From positions 29,951,666-30,015,665 of the forward strand of contig NC_068986.1 in NCBI RefSeq assembly GCF_001194135.2: DNA of 64,000 nucleotides, written 5' to 3'. The translations under genes were made by a program, and so were the position numbers. How positions within the stretch are numbered: the stretch's first letter is position 1; each line of letters starts with the position of its first letter. Below, in pieces: positions 11,342 to 24,310 of this stretch. The stretch is from Octopus bimaculoides (lineage: Eukaryota). Below the pieces are notes generated by a model that saw nothing but the letters and a program-made list of their open reading frames with translations, did no database searches and had not been told where the DNA came from.

Positions 11342-12715
11342 AAAACTTTACCAATATTTTTTCTTATTGAATGTCATTGACACTAGTGGTCCCTCTGACA
11401 CCTACCCTTTCAAAGCAACCCATGTTGCAAATGACATTGTATATAATTTCTAAAAATACATGAAATACACGACAGTCAGAGCTTGTATACAGACAGTACT
11501 GGTATAGAAAAATAGAAAATCCTTCATTATCATTTAGTAGAAGGTGACATTTTGCCATTTTTAATTGTACTTTGGAAGATTAAGAGCTTAACTCTCTCCT
11601 AGCTAAACCCTTTGCTTGAACTGAAAAGTCTTAATCTTTGAAACATTATGTAGCTGTATAGTGGGTGCATAGTGTATTTCTGTTACAGATTCCTATTAAT
11701 GAAGAATTTACCAGTAGTTCTGTGGTTACACTAAACATCAGGATATTAGCACTTCTTGGACAACTCATTCTCAACTCATAAGATGTATTCCTCATGTTTG
11801 AATACTTTTTGAAGGTATTTGTTTTTGTGACTGTAGTTCATTAGATTCTGCTAGACAGATACAGACAACACTTAAAAAGTTGTCTGAACTGGTCATAACT
11901 TTCTACTTCCTTGCATCCTTCTGAGATACTGTGTTGGTGTCACTATGTCTGTATAATCTTCCTTGGGATGTCAACATCTTCCAAGTTTAGACAACAATAA
12001 CATTGCTTTAATAATTGTCCAATCAAATAGCCTGAATGAAAATAACCAGTAAAGCTACAACAAATACTTGTGGCAGACTATCTTGAGAGAGGAAAGCTCT
12101 GACTGTCATGTTTTTCTTTGTGGTGTAGTAGTCTGTCTATTTTCACTTTATTGATCGTATCCTTACAGGACTTATTCTCATATACCAGTTAACTATTTGT
12201 AGCTTCCATTAATCAAAACAGAGTTAATAGAATGGTCATTGATTGTGCGAGTGCCACTTTAGTATGTAGTTCTCCATCTATTATAGGATTAGAATATTTA
12301 TTTGTTTTAACAGACTCTCATTCTGATGTCATACGAATAGTTTATCAGGTCAAGGTGTTCTTGGAGCCATTAGTATTGATGTATATTTTTTGTTCATCAG
12401 CAAAGAAACTGTGGGAAACATTGATTTTATTTTGTTGATGTGGACCGTAGCATAAATTCATTGGATTTATTTTTTTAACAGTGATAACAAAGGATTTACT
12501 ACCTGAGCAAGCAGCAGCTGAGAAGTTTTCTCTTTTAAAATATTCGTCAAAAGAATTTTATGGTTTTATTCTTTTGCTGATTTCAGTCTTTGAAGTATGA
12601 CCATACTGGGGCACCATTTTCAAGGGTTTTAGTCAATAGTGTGTTAGAGAAGATTGTTGTGCTCTGTATTCAGTGTTAAGATAGTTTCTTACTTAAATCT
12701 TCTGTACTGAATCTA

Positions 12716-12761
<46 letters not shown>

Positions 12762-12877
12762 GTTTAACATCCGCTTTCCATGCTAGCATGGGTTGGACGA
12801 TTTGACTGAGGACTGGCAAACCAGATGGCTACACCAGGCTCCAATCTGATTTGGCAGAGTTTCTACAGCTGGATGCC
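12716..12877 (-). mobile_element. Family A, truncated
   Basis: (CAT)n followed by the A body. Confidence 0.9.
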
Positions 12878-13169
12878 GTAGCTTGCTTAATTCGGATGGT
12901 ATTCTGAATGCCAATTCCAACAAGCAAAGCCACTATATTTTGCTGTCCGGTTCACTTACAGCTCCACTCCCTATTGATTCTACTATTTTGTCCCTGCTGA
13001 CTCACTGTTATTTTCACTGCTTCTAAGAATGATACTTCAGTTTCCAAAATGCAACAATTTCACCAGTTTTGCATATATATATTGGTTATCATTCCCATCA
13101 AAAAAATGTCTCTTCAAGTTGATTTGTTTTCATCATGAAACTGAAATTTCTTTCTCTTTATTGGTACTT

Positions 13170-13560
13170 ATCCCATGAGTGCATGCAACTATCTCTAATC
13201 AAGAAAATATCGCTTACTTTGAGTCAATCAATCGTCCTCACATCCGCCATCTCCTAGATGAAGGGAGATAATAATTTTAATAATTTACCTCTAAATGGAA
13301 TCTTTTTTTTTTATCTATGACTATGGATTCTTTGAAATTTGATCTGCTGGAAATCTATCTCTTTAAGTTAAATTTAATTTGGTTACCTATTCTTGCAAAC
13401 TTAGCTCAAAATACAATTATTGCTCTTGACATTAGCAAAGTCTTCAGGTATATTTACGATGAAAGTTTCAAAAAGTTTGCCATCACCAAAATTTATCTTA
13501 TAACATTAACTCTCTAGATTATTAAATGCATTCTCACAAATTGATCCAAGATGTTATTTA
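13170..13560 (+). mobile_element. Decayed LINE reverse-transcriptase remnant
   Basis: YDYGFFEI*SAGNL (QYGFR..RSTGDL-like) and IIALDISKVF (ALDISKAFD-like) motifs in the expected order. Confidence 0.55.
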
Positions 13561-13942
13561 ACTACATAGACTGGGTATTCAGTGATGCTAACTACTGCAT
13601 TTATTGAATATTTTGTCTGTAATTGGATGGCAAAGAATGGAGTTTAAAGCTTTACTGATAGCTGTGGTGTTTAGGATGGTGTATGTAGATTTATTTCTGG
13701 TTGTTGTTGTTGAAGCCATCACATATCATATGATTTGTAAGTTGTATTTGTGGTTGAGTATAAATAGTCTGAATCTATGTTACAAATTGAGAAGCTGAAT
13801 GTGTGAGTTGCTGATATCAATGAGAAATCTTTCAGGAATTTTTCAAGGATGTGCAAAGAAGGGTGATGGCTTAGTGTAATGTTTCAGGTGGGGTTTTTTA
13901 TGTGTGTTTTAGAATTGTCATATTCCTGCTCAGATTCTAAAT

Positions 13943-14187
13943 CAATGGTTCTCAGCCATTTTTTACCCATGGATTCCCTTCAATTCTTAGTTTACTCTAC
14001 TGGACTTTTTTAACCATTTGACATTTATAGAATCCTATTATATTTTTATGATTAAATATTATTAGGAATTGCATAAAATTATTAAAATATATTGTAGAAG
14101 TATAACCAATCTGTTGTACATAATTTTTAGCCACAAAATCTTACATGGACCCTCAACAATCATATGGACCCAAGTTGGGAACTGCTG
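13943..14187. mobile_element. hAT-type MITE (family H) with 8-bp TSD
   Basis: Termini CAATGGTTCTC and GTTGGGAACTGCTG; TSD TTCTAAAT 13935-13942 and TTCTAGAT 14188-14195; second copy at 55268-55490. Confidence 0.8.
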
Positions 14188-15519
14188 TTCTAGATTCTGG
14201 GGATATGTTGGTGAATGTAACAATTCCTTCAGGGCTTTAAGTGCTTTGAATATATATTTGTAATTTTGTTGGGCTTTAAGGATTTTCCATTTTTATGTCT
14301 CTCTACTTCTGGTATCCAGTAGAAGTAAGGATCCAAGGTGGAGGTGGTGTAGATTGTGTTTTTGTGTTTCTGTCTACTTTGTCATTTTTGGTGGTTGATT
14401 TTGGAAAAGTGCTTAAGTGTATTTGCTATTTATCAGTAGATGCATTACTTGATATTGTCATTGGGATGGACTTCAGAAGTGCTGCAGCCAATGTTAGAGT
14501 TGTCAAGGATACTAATTACTTTGCGTGATTTACAGTTTATATTGAATACAAATGTTTGCAAGTTTCCTACTCTTTTTACATTTAGTAACTTAAGGAGTTT
14601 CATTTCTGTTGCACTTGGTATTTGCTTTTATGCTTGCTCCCAGTTCCTCTTAGCTTAGTTATTTATGTAATTCGAATTTTATTTTGTTCAGGCAACACTT
14701 AGGTAATACATTGGTCGTTGTTTTGAATATAAGACATAGTTTTGTTCAGAACAACAAGAAAATAGAACACTTATTTTTCCTTTTTATAAGATGTAGATGT
14801 GTGTCACTTTGAAGAACAAAATTCCTTTAGTATCCTATTACATTTCATAGACAAATCTTTTATTTCTCTTATATGTTAAATAAAAGAATTAGAAGTGAGT
14901 AAAACTTAAATAAAAGAAAAAGGCAAGTAACTGAAATAACAAATGATGATTACTTGCTTGTCTATTCTGTTATTTAAACCTTAAAAATGTAGGTGAGAGG
15001 AAATAACATCAAGCAATAGACACATTTTCCCCATCTTGAACATGTTAATGTCAGCAAACAACAACAACATCATCATCACCATCACCATCATCATCATCAT
15101 CTTTGAATTTCATAACTTAAGGCAGTTGATCCCACGCTTTTCTTTTGTACAATTTGCTTGTATCATCACAAATCACTGCTACCACCACTGCCGCTCTCCT
15201 CCTCGCTGTTACTACAACTACTACTACTTTTATTATATGAGTTTTAAGTTTGTGTTAGTCTTTACATTTAATTTTGTGTTTCCATGTCAGTAAATCTCAA
15301 GTGTTGGTTCAAGAAGCACTACCTGTGTTGCCAATGCTGTGATATTTAATAGTTTTGAATGTGTTAAATTGTGTTTTCATATCTACAAGTCAGGGATTTT
15401 CATAAGAACATACCCAAACATTTTACAAGAGAAATTTTATTTTTAACAAAAGAGCTGACGTTTTAATTAATAATAGTTCCTCTAAAAAAAAATCTCTGCT
15501 TCTTCCACAACCATTAATA

Positions 15520-16773
15520 TCAAGTCATCTCATAAGTTCTGTCCGATTTTACCTTTTTTAAAATTGAATGAAATTTAATAGTATTTTAGAATGTCTAATG
15601 GAATTTAAAATTATTTTTATGCATTTGTGTACATTTACACTAATTAAATATTATTTTACAGAATAATAGAATTAAAATTTCTTTGATTAAAACCCTTTCT
15701 AACATGGAAGTATCCAAAGAGCATTTAAGGCACATAATGCTTTATGACTACAAAAAAGAAACTTTGCAGCCGAAGCAACTCAAAACATACACTCAGTTTA
15801 TAGGAAAGAATGCTTGAATGAAATAACTTGCAGAAGATGGTTTTCAAAATTCACAAGTGGAGATTTCGGCCTTGAAGATGAAAATTGAACAGGACATTCA
15901 GTTGAGTTTGATGATAATCTCCTTGAGGCATTACTTGAAGAAAATTCTACATTATCAGTTGAAGAATTGGCAATAAAGCTTAGTTCAAACTATACAACTG
16001 TTTGTCGTCATCTTCAACAACTTGGAAAGGTTCCTAAACTTGGAAAATGGGTGTCTCATGAATTGTCCGAAAGCAACCGCAAATCCCGATTTGACATCTG
16101 CTCTTCTCTCCATTTTTGCGAACTCATTTCACTCTTTTTTGGATAGACTTGTGACTGGTGACGAAAAATGGATCTTCTATTGAAATGTTAAACATCGTAA
16201 ACAGTGGTTTGGTAAAAGGGAAAAAGCTCAACCACAACCGAGAAGGGAACTTCATGGGAAAAAAAGGTTCTTCTTTCTATNNNNNNNNNNAACAATCAAT
16301 GCTCAAGTCTACTGTCAGCAATTAGAGTGTTTGAACCAAGCTTTGAAGAAAGAAAAAAAAGACCCACTTTAGTGAATCGAAAAGGAATGACGTTTCATCA
16401 GGACAATGCGCGACCCCACACTGCAAAGATCACATCACAGAAGATCGAAGAGCTTGGATGGGAAAAAATTCCTCATCCACCTTATTCTCCCAACCTTGCT
16501 CCTTCAGACTACCATTTGTTTCGTAGTTTACAGAATTATTTGGGGGACATAACTTTTGCAAACCAGGAGGAGGTCGAAACTGACATTTCAGAGTTCTTCG
16601 CTTTGAAACCAAAAGATTTTTTCATTGATGGAATCAAAAAGCTTGTAAATAAATGGAAGGAAGTCATAAATAATCAGGGAAAGTACATTGATGATCAAAT
16701 TTCAATTGAATATAACATTTGATCACTTGTTTTCTTTATTCAAAATTCAGACAGAACTTATGAGATGACCTAA
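15520..16773 (+). mobile_element. Full-length mariner (DD34D) DNA transposon, inactive
   Basis: ~30-bp TIRs (tcaagtcatctcataagttctgtccgatttt versus reverse complement ttaggtcatctcataagttctgtctgaatttt); TA TSDs at 15518-15519 and 16774-16775. Confidence 0.95.
15704..16722 (+). pseudogene. Mariner transposase pseudogene
   Basis: MEVSKEHLRHIMLY..., WVSHEL, DRLVTGDEKWIFY, FHQDNARPH, HPPYSPNLAPSDYHLF; 34 residues between the 2nd and 3rd D; stops, frameshifts and a 10-N gap. Confidence 0.92.
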
Positions 16774-17921
16774 TATTAGCAGTCATCTTGATCTGGGTTA
16801 AATTTCATTGTCTGATCATTGTTCCAGCTGTTGCAATCCAAACTTTACTATGATCACATTGTTATAAGATTTAGAACTAGAACATATCTTCATTTTAATA
16901 ACAGGTGGTGTTTTTCAGATGGGAGTTTGGCTGCCTTATTAGTAGGTGAGGGACAATGTAGAAACTTTGTTGCTATCAAAACAGCTGTAGTATCTTGAAA
17001 CAGACCAAATAATTGCAGTATATTATGTCAATGTATAATCTTCTATATCTCACCATTGTGCCTAGTATAGCATCTTCAGAACTGATTGAATTGAATGAAT
17101 ACAATCAAATATTTCTCTCGTAACATACAGTGTAATTCTAAATCAGATTAACTTATGGTATATTGAGTGTGTTGGATCTGTGGATCAGTCTTAAAACATT
17201 GAAACAACTAAACTATACAGCTTATGTAGAGTTGACTGAGTATGAATTTTACAACAATAATCTAGACGACTGATAGTAGCAGAAGACACAAATATAAGTA
17301 ATAATTTCTTTCTGAGATACAACATTTTTTTGTGATAAATAAGTAGTTGTTGATGTTGAATAACTTGTCTATGGTTTTTACTGGAATAGTATATAATAGA
17401 GTTGCCAAATTTAGATAAATATTCTGACTGCTGTCATTGTATAAAAAACACCAATTTAAAGATAGATCTCTAATCACTCCATCATGATTCAGTGTTACTG
17501 CATAATGGTTCTGTTATTTAATTAGACTTTCCAAATTAAGCAGTCTGATTGCTGTAGTCTAAGAATATGAGTAATGTAATGATCTTACATTCTTCTGGAA
17601 AGTTTTGAGGCATCTTTATCTTACTGCAGACAGGCGTTTTCCAGTGTATAGGGGTGTCACCACAGTGATAAAGATTTGTTACTGACGACCAGGTTTCATA
17701 AAAAGTCAGACAATTGTATGTAAAAAAAGAGAAAGTCAAATTAAACACCATATGAAAATAGTAGGCTTCAAGAGTATTGTAACGTGAGGTTGGAACATAT
17801 GGATGTCTAATTTAATTTCTAACTTATAAATTAACAACTGTTTGTACTATGGAAGTTTGTAATATTTTGAGTAACATGTTGCTCTTCATGATTTTGTGTG
17901 GCATGTGTAAAGTCATAACTA

Positions 17922-18560
17922 CACAGACATGCAGGAAGTAAATAGACACCTTTAATTTTCAAAATATTTTATTTAACATGCAAAGCAAACAATTGAAATG
18001 TAATCGATAGGTAGGACTACATACTTTGGTATTTAGTTGACATTCCCTTTGCAGTTTTTAATTCAGAAACTCTTTTTGTGATTGTCTCTTGTGAAATTTT
18101 GCTCACTTTTCACGCAACAATCAAAACAATTCATCTTTAGATTTCGGTTTTTATTGAGTTTTTCATATAGCTCTATGTAGTATGCTCCAAAGATTTTCCA
18201 TTGGGTTCATGTCAGGAGATTGGCTCAGCCAAAGAAGCTTTTTGATCCCATTTTCAGTCAGCCATTGTTGATTCCTTTTCCCTGTGTGGCATGAAGCCCC
18301 ATCTTCCATGAATAAAAACTCATTTTTCATTATGTTATCATGTGAATACATTGGAATTAGTCCTTGCTTAAGTATTTCGATGTACTTTTCAGAGTTTATG
18401 GTTCCAACACATTCGATCAGCTCAGAACAACCATTGCTAGCGACAGCTCCCCATACCAATACAGAGATACCACCATGTTCCACAGTTGGTTGGAGTTGTT
18501 TCAAATCAAATTCTTGATTGGGAAGCCTCCAGACTCAAACACTCAACTGTCTGATAATAA
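17922..18560 (-). mobile_element. Tc1-like (DD34E) transposon, 3' half only
   Basis: WRLPNQEFDLKQLQPTVEHGGISVLVWG...FMEDGASCH...SQSPDMNPMENLW with 34 residues between D and E; putative terminus TA-CACAGACATGCAGG at 17920-17935. Confidence 0.9.
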
Positions 18561-18657
18561 TGCTCAGCCACTTGCACGTTAATTTAACGAGCAGGCTGTT
18601 CCGTTGATCGGACCAACTGGAACCCTCGACGTCATGAGCGACGGAGTGCCAACAACA
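18561..18657 (+). mobile_element. SINE family C, 3' fragment
   Basis: Nearly identical to 32488-32580. Confidence 0.9.
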
Positions 18658-19078
18658 AATATAATAGTAATATAGTTATAAATAGAGATCTACTTGTGGC
18701 TTGTATATTTGTATAAACAGCTCTAGGAGTATATCTCTGTATGCAAGTTATTATAGTTACAAAAGTACTAGAAAATTCATTGGTATGAATCTATTTTTGG
18801 CATCATTTATTTAGTTTTGATGGGATACAACATAAGATTCCAATTATGAAAAAATATTGTTCTGTTTTCTGGGATTGTTGCAGCTTCAGTATTACTTTAC
18901 TTTTATTACATGCCATCTAAGAGATACTCATGGAACATCTTTTTATAACGTAATAAACATATTTTCATACACTAAACAAACCTATATATCTAAACATATA
19001 TCAAAACTATCTTAGTCAGCTGTGATTGTAGCAAAAGAAAGCAAAACATTGTTACCTTGCTCATCTTTTCATGTAATT

Positions 19079-19094
19079 ATCTAATATGAATTTT

Positions 19095-19155
<61 letters not shown>
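19079..19155. repeat. (CA)n microsatellite
   Basis: Direct reading. Confidence 0.95.
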
Positions 19156-19159
<4 letters not shown>

Positions 19160-19419
19160 TGTAATAAAGTGCTTGAAGTGGTGTACAGATATTGTATATT
19201 GACAAAAAGGAGGCAGTCAGAATTTTGGATAATCCTTTATTAGTGCTTTTATTTGTTTATGAACTTGTCAAGGCAAAATCAAAATGGTGGACCATTTTGA
19301 TTTTGTTGTGATGAGTTTGTAAATCAACAAAAACGTGTGTGTGTGTGTGCGTGTGTGTGTGCGTGTGTGAGAGAGTGTATGTTTGTGAGTGTATGTGTGT
19401 GTGCATTTGTGTGTGTGTG

Positions 19420-19590
19420 TATTTGTGTGTGTGTGTAGACGTGTGTGTGTGTATTTTTGCAATGTTTTCAGGCTTCTTTCAGTTTCTGTCAACCCAATTC
19501 ACTCTCAAGTCTTTGGTTGACCTGAGGCTATAGTAGTAGACACTTGTTAAAAATGCTGCTCAGTGGGACTGAACCTGGAACCATGTAGTA
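19420..19590 (-). mobile_element. SINE family B, degenerate 5' part
   Basis: ggctatagtagtagacacttg...gtgggactgaacctggaaccatgt. Confidence 0.75.
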
Positions 19591-19914
19591 AGGAAGAGTT
19601 CCACAAAATTGTAGTCATGGGAATGAAGAACCTGTCAGTAACTTTTAATGTGAAGATTATATAACGAAACAGTATTACTTGTAAAAAAAAGTGTGACGTG
19701 TTAAATGGGTTGAGTGAAGTTCAGTGAAAAAGATTTGTAAAATAAACATGGCAGGGAGAAAACATGATACAGAGAATGAAAAAAAACAAAAGCTTGAGAT
19801 TAAAAATTTGTAATAAGCAAATATTTATTAATCAGACTAATTAATTTCTTCTGAAGTATCTGTACAATGCAAGTTATTTAAGAAACTATATCATTTCAAA
19901 TATGAGAGCAGTAC

Positions 19915-20195
19915 ATCATCATCAACATCACCATCATCGTTTAATGTCTGCTTTCCATGCTGGCATGGGTTGGACGGTTTGACTGAAGACTGGCAAACTG
20001 GGAGGCTCCAAGACTGGCAAACTGCACCAGGCTCCAATCTGATTTGGGAAGGTTTCTACAGCTGGATGCCCTTCCTAACGCCAACCACTCTGAGAGTGTA
20101 GTGGGTGCTTTTTATGTGCCACCGGCATGAGAGCCAGTCAGGCAGCACTGGCATCAGTGATGCTCAAATGGTGTCTTTTAGGTGCCACCAGCAAT
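19915..20195 (-). mobile_element. Family A element
   Basis: (CAT)n followed by the A body. Confidence 0.88.
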
Positions 20196-20284
20196 GCATT
20201 TCAGCCTCGTCTGTATGGAACACAAATATTTTTCGGTTGTGAAAACAAGGCCAAATCTCCCTGATGTTTTAGCTAAGAATATGA

Positions 20285-20720
20285 GGATTTCAGGAGAGCT
20301 GGGTTGACCTTAGTTAGCTACTGTATGACCATCCATCTTTTTTTGTATATCAGGAACTACATTGCCTAAGGTGTCCTTCCTTTTTTAAGATGGTAGGTGT
20401 GATTTAAAGAAAATTTGTTACTTATTTCTAGATTGAGTGATTATATAGTAATTCCTATGTTGGCTTGTTTATTTTTAATTGTCATTGTGTAGTCCTAGTT
20501 TAACTTTGATCCCAAAATTCCACAGTAAAAGTATTCCAGTTATGAATATTCCTTCTTATTTTCAGGCATAGTATATCTAGGACTACATTATTTGATGTGT
20601 TCTGCTCTGTTCAAGATGGAATGGTGTGATTTAAAGAAAGTTTGGTTGTTATTTTTAGCTGAGGTTGATGGAGGAGATGAATTGTAGCATATATAATGAT
20701 TGTGATCCTTTAAGTTGGGT
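20285..20720 (-). mobile_element. Two tandem family F fragments
   Basis: Repeated actacatt...gtgtgatttaaagaaa...ttatttctag blocks. Confidence 0.55.
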
Positions 20721-21409
20721 GTTGTTTGTAGAAGTGGGTGCACTGGCGTCTGCTCTTTACAAAACTAACCTTTGTTGTGTTTCTTTCATTCCTTGCTTAT
20801 TTGATGCTTATCTTTGTATTATTGTATATCAATTTTTAAAGCTAAAAATAGATTTCTTTATAGTTTAGAAAAAATTATACTGAGTGCATATACTATAAAT
20901 ATATCTCCTTCTCTAATCTTTTTATACAAATAGATACGGTTTGTTCATTCTATAAGCTATACCTCTGGCCTTTCATATAAAGCATTGTCTTCACATAAAA
21001 CAATGTTTTCATAAGAAACGTTGTTTGAATATAAAATATTATCTTGATATACGTCATTGTCTTAGTATCCTCTGAGTTGAATGAAGTAGTTTTGTTTGTA
21101 CTGACCTTCTAAATGTGCTGAGGTTTGTCTTTAGAACTGAAACAACTACATTCCATCAGAACTCAAGAAACATTTTCCAACCACATAGTGTTTTGTTTTT
21201 GTAATTCAAAGTATTCATTCTCCAATTTGAATTGTCTTCATTGATATTTACAATGTCCCATTTTCTCCATTTCTGAACTAAGCAACTTAATTTTGGTTAA
21301 GAACTAGAAAGTAGCAATACTTAAAATTTTCTTAAACTTTAGATAATTTTCTTCTTTTCATATGGATTAGAAGACTTGTCAACTATCAGTTGAACAACAG
21401 TTCAGTCAA

Positions 21410-21797
21410 ATAAGCAAATACAATCATTCATCAGATGCTTGCATAGTATACTTAAAATTAGATGGTCCGAACACATAAGCAATATGGAGCTATGGCAAAG
21501 AACGAATCAAGTTTCGATTAGGGAGCAAATATTTAAGAAAAAGTGGAAGTGGATTGGTAGCACAATTAGAGAGGACACACCAAATGTAGCGAAAAGTGCT
21601 TTACAGTGGAATCCTGATGGATATAGAAAGAGGGGTAGGCCTAAGAACTCATGGCGTAGATCAACACAAAAGGAACTAGAGAAAGGGGGACATTCATGGC
21701 AGAGTATAAGTACAGAAGCGAAAAATTATGCGACATGGAATTCAATTATAAGTGGCCTATACTCATCGTTCGAGGGTTAAAGGCAAGAAAGAAGAAA
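21410..21797 (+). mobile_element. RTE-clade LINE, 5'-truncated 3' end with AAG-rich tail
   Basis: ORF 21439-21780: LKIRWSEHISNMELWQRTNQ...KWIGSTIR...ALQWNPDGYRKRGRPKNSWRR; followed by gcaagaaagaagaaa. Confidence 0.9.
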
Positions 21798-22029
21798 TAT
21801 GGATTAGAAAATTTATTTTGTAGAATAATATTAATTAGTGAGTTTTCAATTAATTTTGTACACATGGGATTAAAAATGAAATGTGATATTTTAGATCTGC
21901 ATGTTGTTTTAATTACCATCTGTTCAATTACAGAGGGATAATGGAACTTTATTTTCCAGGTAGGTAAATACTTTATTTGAAACAAGTGAAGTAACTGCTT
22001 TTCCTAATTGAACTGCATAATTTTTGTCA

Positions 22030-22210
22030 AATCAGTACAAAAACCTCAATGTGATCACTTGACCTGCCAGAAATAACATCAAATACCTCTGAAATTAGAC
22101 TGTTCCTGTTTTTAAACAAAGAAGCATACATGGGATAATGTAGACCTAAATAGACAGAATGGGCATAGCTAAAAGGTCTTTTATTGTAGGTCTATTCAAT
22201 CGGATATGAC
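22030..22210 (+). mobile_element. Family F fragment
   Basis: gacctgccagaaataac...tgggataatgtagacc...ggtctattc. Confidence 0.5.
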
Positions 22211-22261
22211 TTGCAGCTGAACATAATTTCTGTTGCAGGAATTTTAAACCTTGAAGAGGTC

Positions 22262-22295
<34 letters not shown>

Positions 22296-23132
22296 GTAAT
22301 GTAGCTCCAGAACCATTCAAATAACATTTGTAATGGAAAATAAATCTTTATAGATATATATATATAGAGAGAGAGAGGTACAGAAGGATGTAAAAACATT
22401 ATGAACAGCACCAATATTTGAGTTTCATAAAAATCTTAAGAAGTTTGATAGTTAAATATGCCTGAAAATTGCTTAACTAAAAGTAGCTGGGTTTTTTTTT
22501 TATATATATATTCATACTGTTTTTCTGTGAAGCCTATTAACAAATTTTTTTGATGGATCTTTCTGTGGAAGCCATATTATTAGTTTTGGAAAAATCTCTG
22601 CTGTAGTAACAATACAACTGTGTAGTTGTAGACGTATGTGTGAACAAGGTTTATAAGAAACTTAGTTCTTTGTATAAGGAATGAATATTCATCCATGTAT
22701 GGAAATTGCAGATTGTAGCTATGAGGCATATAGATTCATTTCTAAACATTTCATCTTCGAGATGAATGATTGTACAATTTCATAAAATATTAGTAAGTCA
22801 ATATCCTTTTGCCTTAGGAATGCAGTATTAATTCCAAACCTTTTTTAAATCAGCACAATTAATTAGTTATATAATCTATCAGTCTTAGTATTTAAAAGTA
22901 ATTACGTATAAAAATATATGGAAAAACAAAATATTAATACATTTATACACATAGGTGTCTATACACACATATAAAATTTATATATGCACTTATTTTATTT
23001 TGCAGCAATAAATACTATACATATACATACACAACAAATAATATACATAATAATGCATGTATATGTACTTATCTTTTGAAATGTGTATGCTGAAATATTC
23101 ATTTGTCTGTATTTAAAAGATACTTAAGTAAA

Positions 23133-23375
23133 CAGTAATCCCTCAACTATTGTGAGTGTTACATTCCACCCCCCACCCCCAGGGGCGATAAGTGAAAATC
23201 TGTGAAGTAGAAACAGTCCTGCACTGAATATATTAAAAATTATTTTTATAATTTGTATATATTTATTTTAATATAAATGCAAAACAACACCATGGAGGAA
23301 TCGGTGTAAGCTTAAATATTAAACTGCGATAGTTGAACCGCGATAGATGAATCACAATATGGTGAGGGATTACTG
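23133..23375. mobile_element. pogo/Tigger-like MITE, 243 bp
   Basis: Perfect 12-bp TIR CAGTAATCCCTC/GAGGGATTACTG; flanks are AA and CA rather than TA. Confidence 0.75.
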
Positions 23376-23559
23376 CACACATATTTCATAATACATTTAT
23401 TAGCAAATATAAATATGTATTGTGTTATTTGCTTTTTTTTTGATTGATAGCATTTCATATATTTCTCAGTGATTATCAAGTGTTCTCAACATGAAAGCAA
23501 TTAGTGCTAGCAATCGTCTTTACTGAACATTGATGCTACATGCACTTGTACACCTTAGT

Positions 23560-23826
23560 TAATTAACCTTTTTGTTGTTGTTGTTGTTGCTGCTGCTGCT
23601 GCTGCTGCTGTTGAGAACATCTGTGTTGTTGTTGGCACTCCATGGCTTACGATGTCGAGGGTTCCAGTTGATCCGTTCAACGGAACAGCCTGCTCATGAA
23701 ACTAACGTGCAAGTTGCTGAGCACTCCATAGACATGTGTACCCTTAACATAGTTCTTGGGGATATTCAGCGTGACTCAGTCTGACAAGGCTGACCCTTTG
23801 AATTACAGGCACAACAGGAACAGGAA
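23560..23826 (-). mobile_element. SINE family C, 3' portion with (CAA/CAG)n tail
   Basis: Reverse-complement match to 32390-32580. Confidence 0.88.
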
Positions 23827-24050
23827 GTGTTTTATGTTTCGAGCAAAGCTCTTCTTCAGAAACAGGAGATATTTACAAAATGTAACATTTGGATTGTTGG
23901 CAATTTTTTTCTTTTGTCTTCCTTTTCTCTTGGACTTACCTCTCTCTCCTGTTTCTGAAGAAGAGCTTTGCTCGAAATGTAAAACACCCTTTCTTTCCTT
24001 CCCTGAGCATCTTTTAATACTTTGCATGTACTATGTACTCACATTGTTGT
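23827..24050. mobile_element. HHR-bearing repeat with inverted duplication of the ribozyme (43-bp arms)
   Basis: Arms 23827-23869 and 23945-23987. Confidence 0.75.
23951..23985 (+). ncRNA. Minimal type-I hammerhead ribozyme motif
   Basis: Stem I GTTT/AAAC, CTGAAGA 23955-23961, stem II GAGC-ttt-GCTC, GAAA 23974-23977, TGTA. The antisense arm reads GAAACATA, implying ancestral GAAACGTA. Confidence 0.72.
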
Positions 24051-24238
24051 TTTTTTTCTTGTTATGTTTTGCTTCATTTTTTTTTTGGATCATATATTGT
24101 AATAGATATACATTACATAAGGGATTAATAGATAGATAGATGACACAATCATTCCATGGAGACAATCATTTACAACCACCATGCATTCTCAAGGCAAGGC
24201 ACGAAAGTACACGCATTTCACATGTGTGTGTGTGTGTT

Positions 24239-24310
<72 letters not shown>

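Noticed and set aside
11463-12116. 22-bp inverted repeat pair (11463-11484 and 12095-12116) and a possible endonuclease relic between them
   Set aside because: Short, 19/22 match, no TSD, and no convincing coding motif.
12482-12565. Possible plus-strand exon ITKDLLPEQAAAEKFSLLKYSSKEFY
   Set aside because: Good acceptor but no credible donor, and it runs into a SINE tail remnant.
13600-14640. Old minus-strand LINE (RNase H-like hints)
   Set aside because: Only vague peptide resemblance, which I cannot support without an alignment.
17620-17690. Possible micro-exon on either strand
   Set aside because: The plus strand has stops in all frames; the minus strand has a weak acceptor and no homology.
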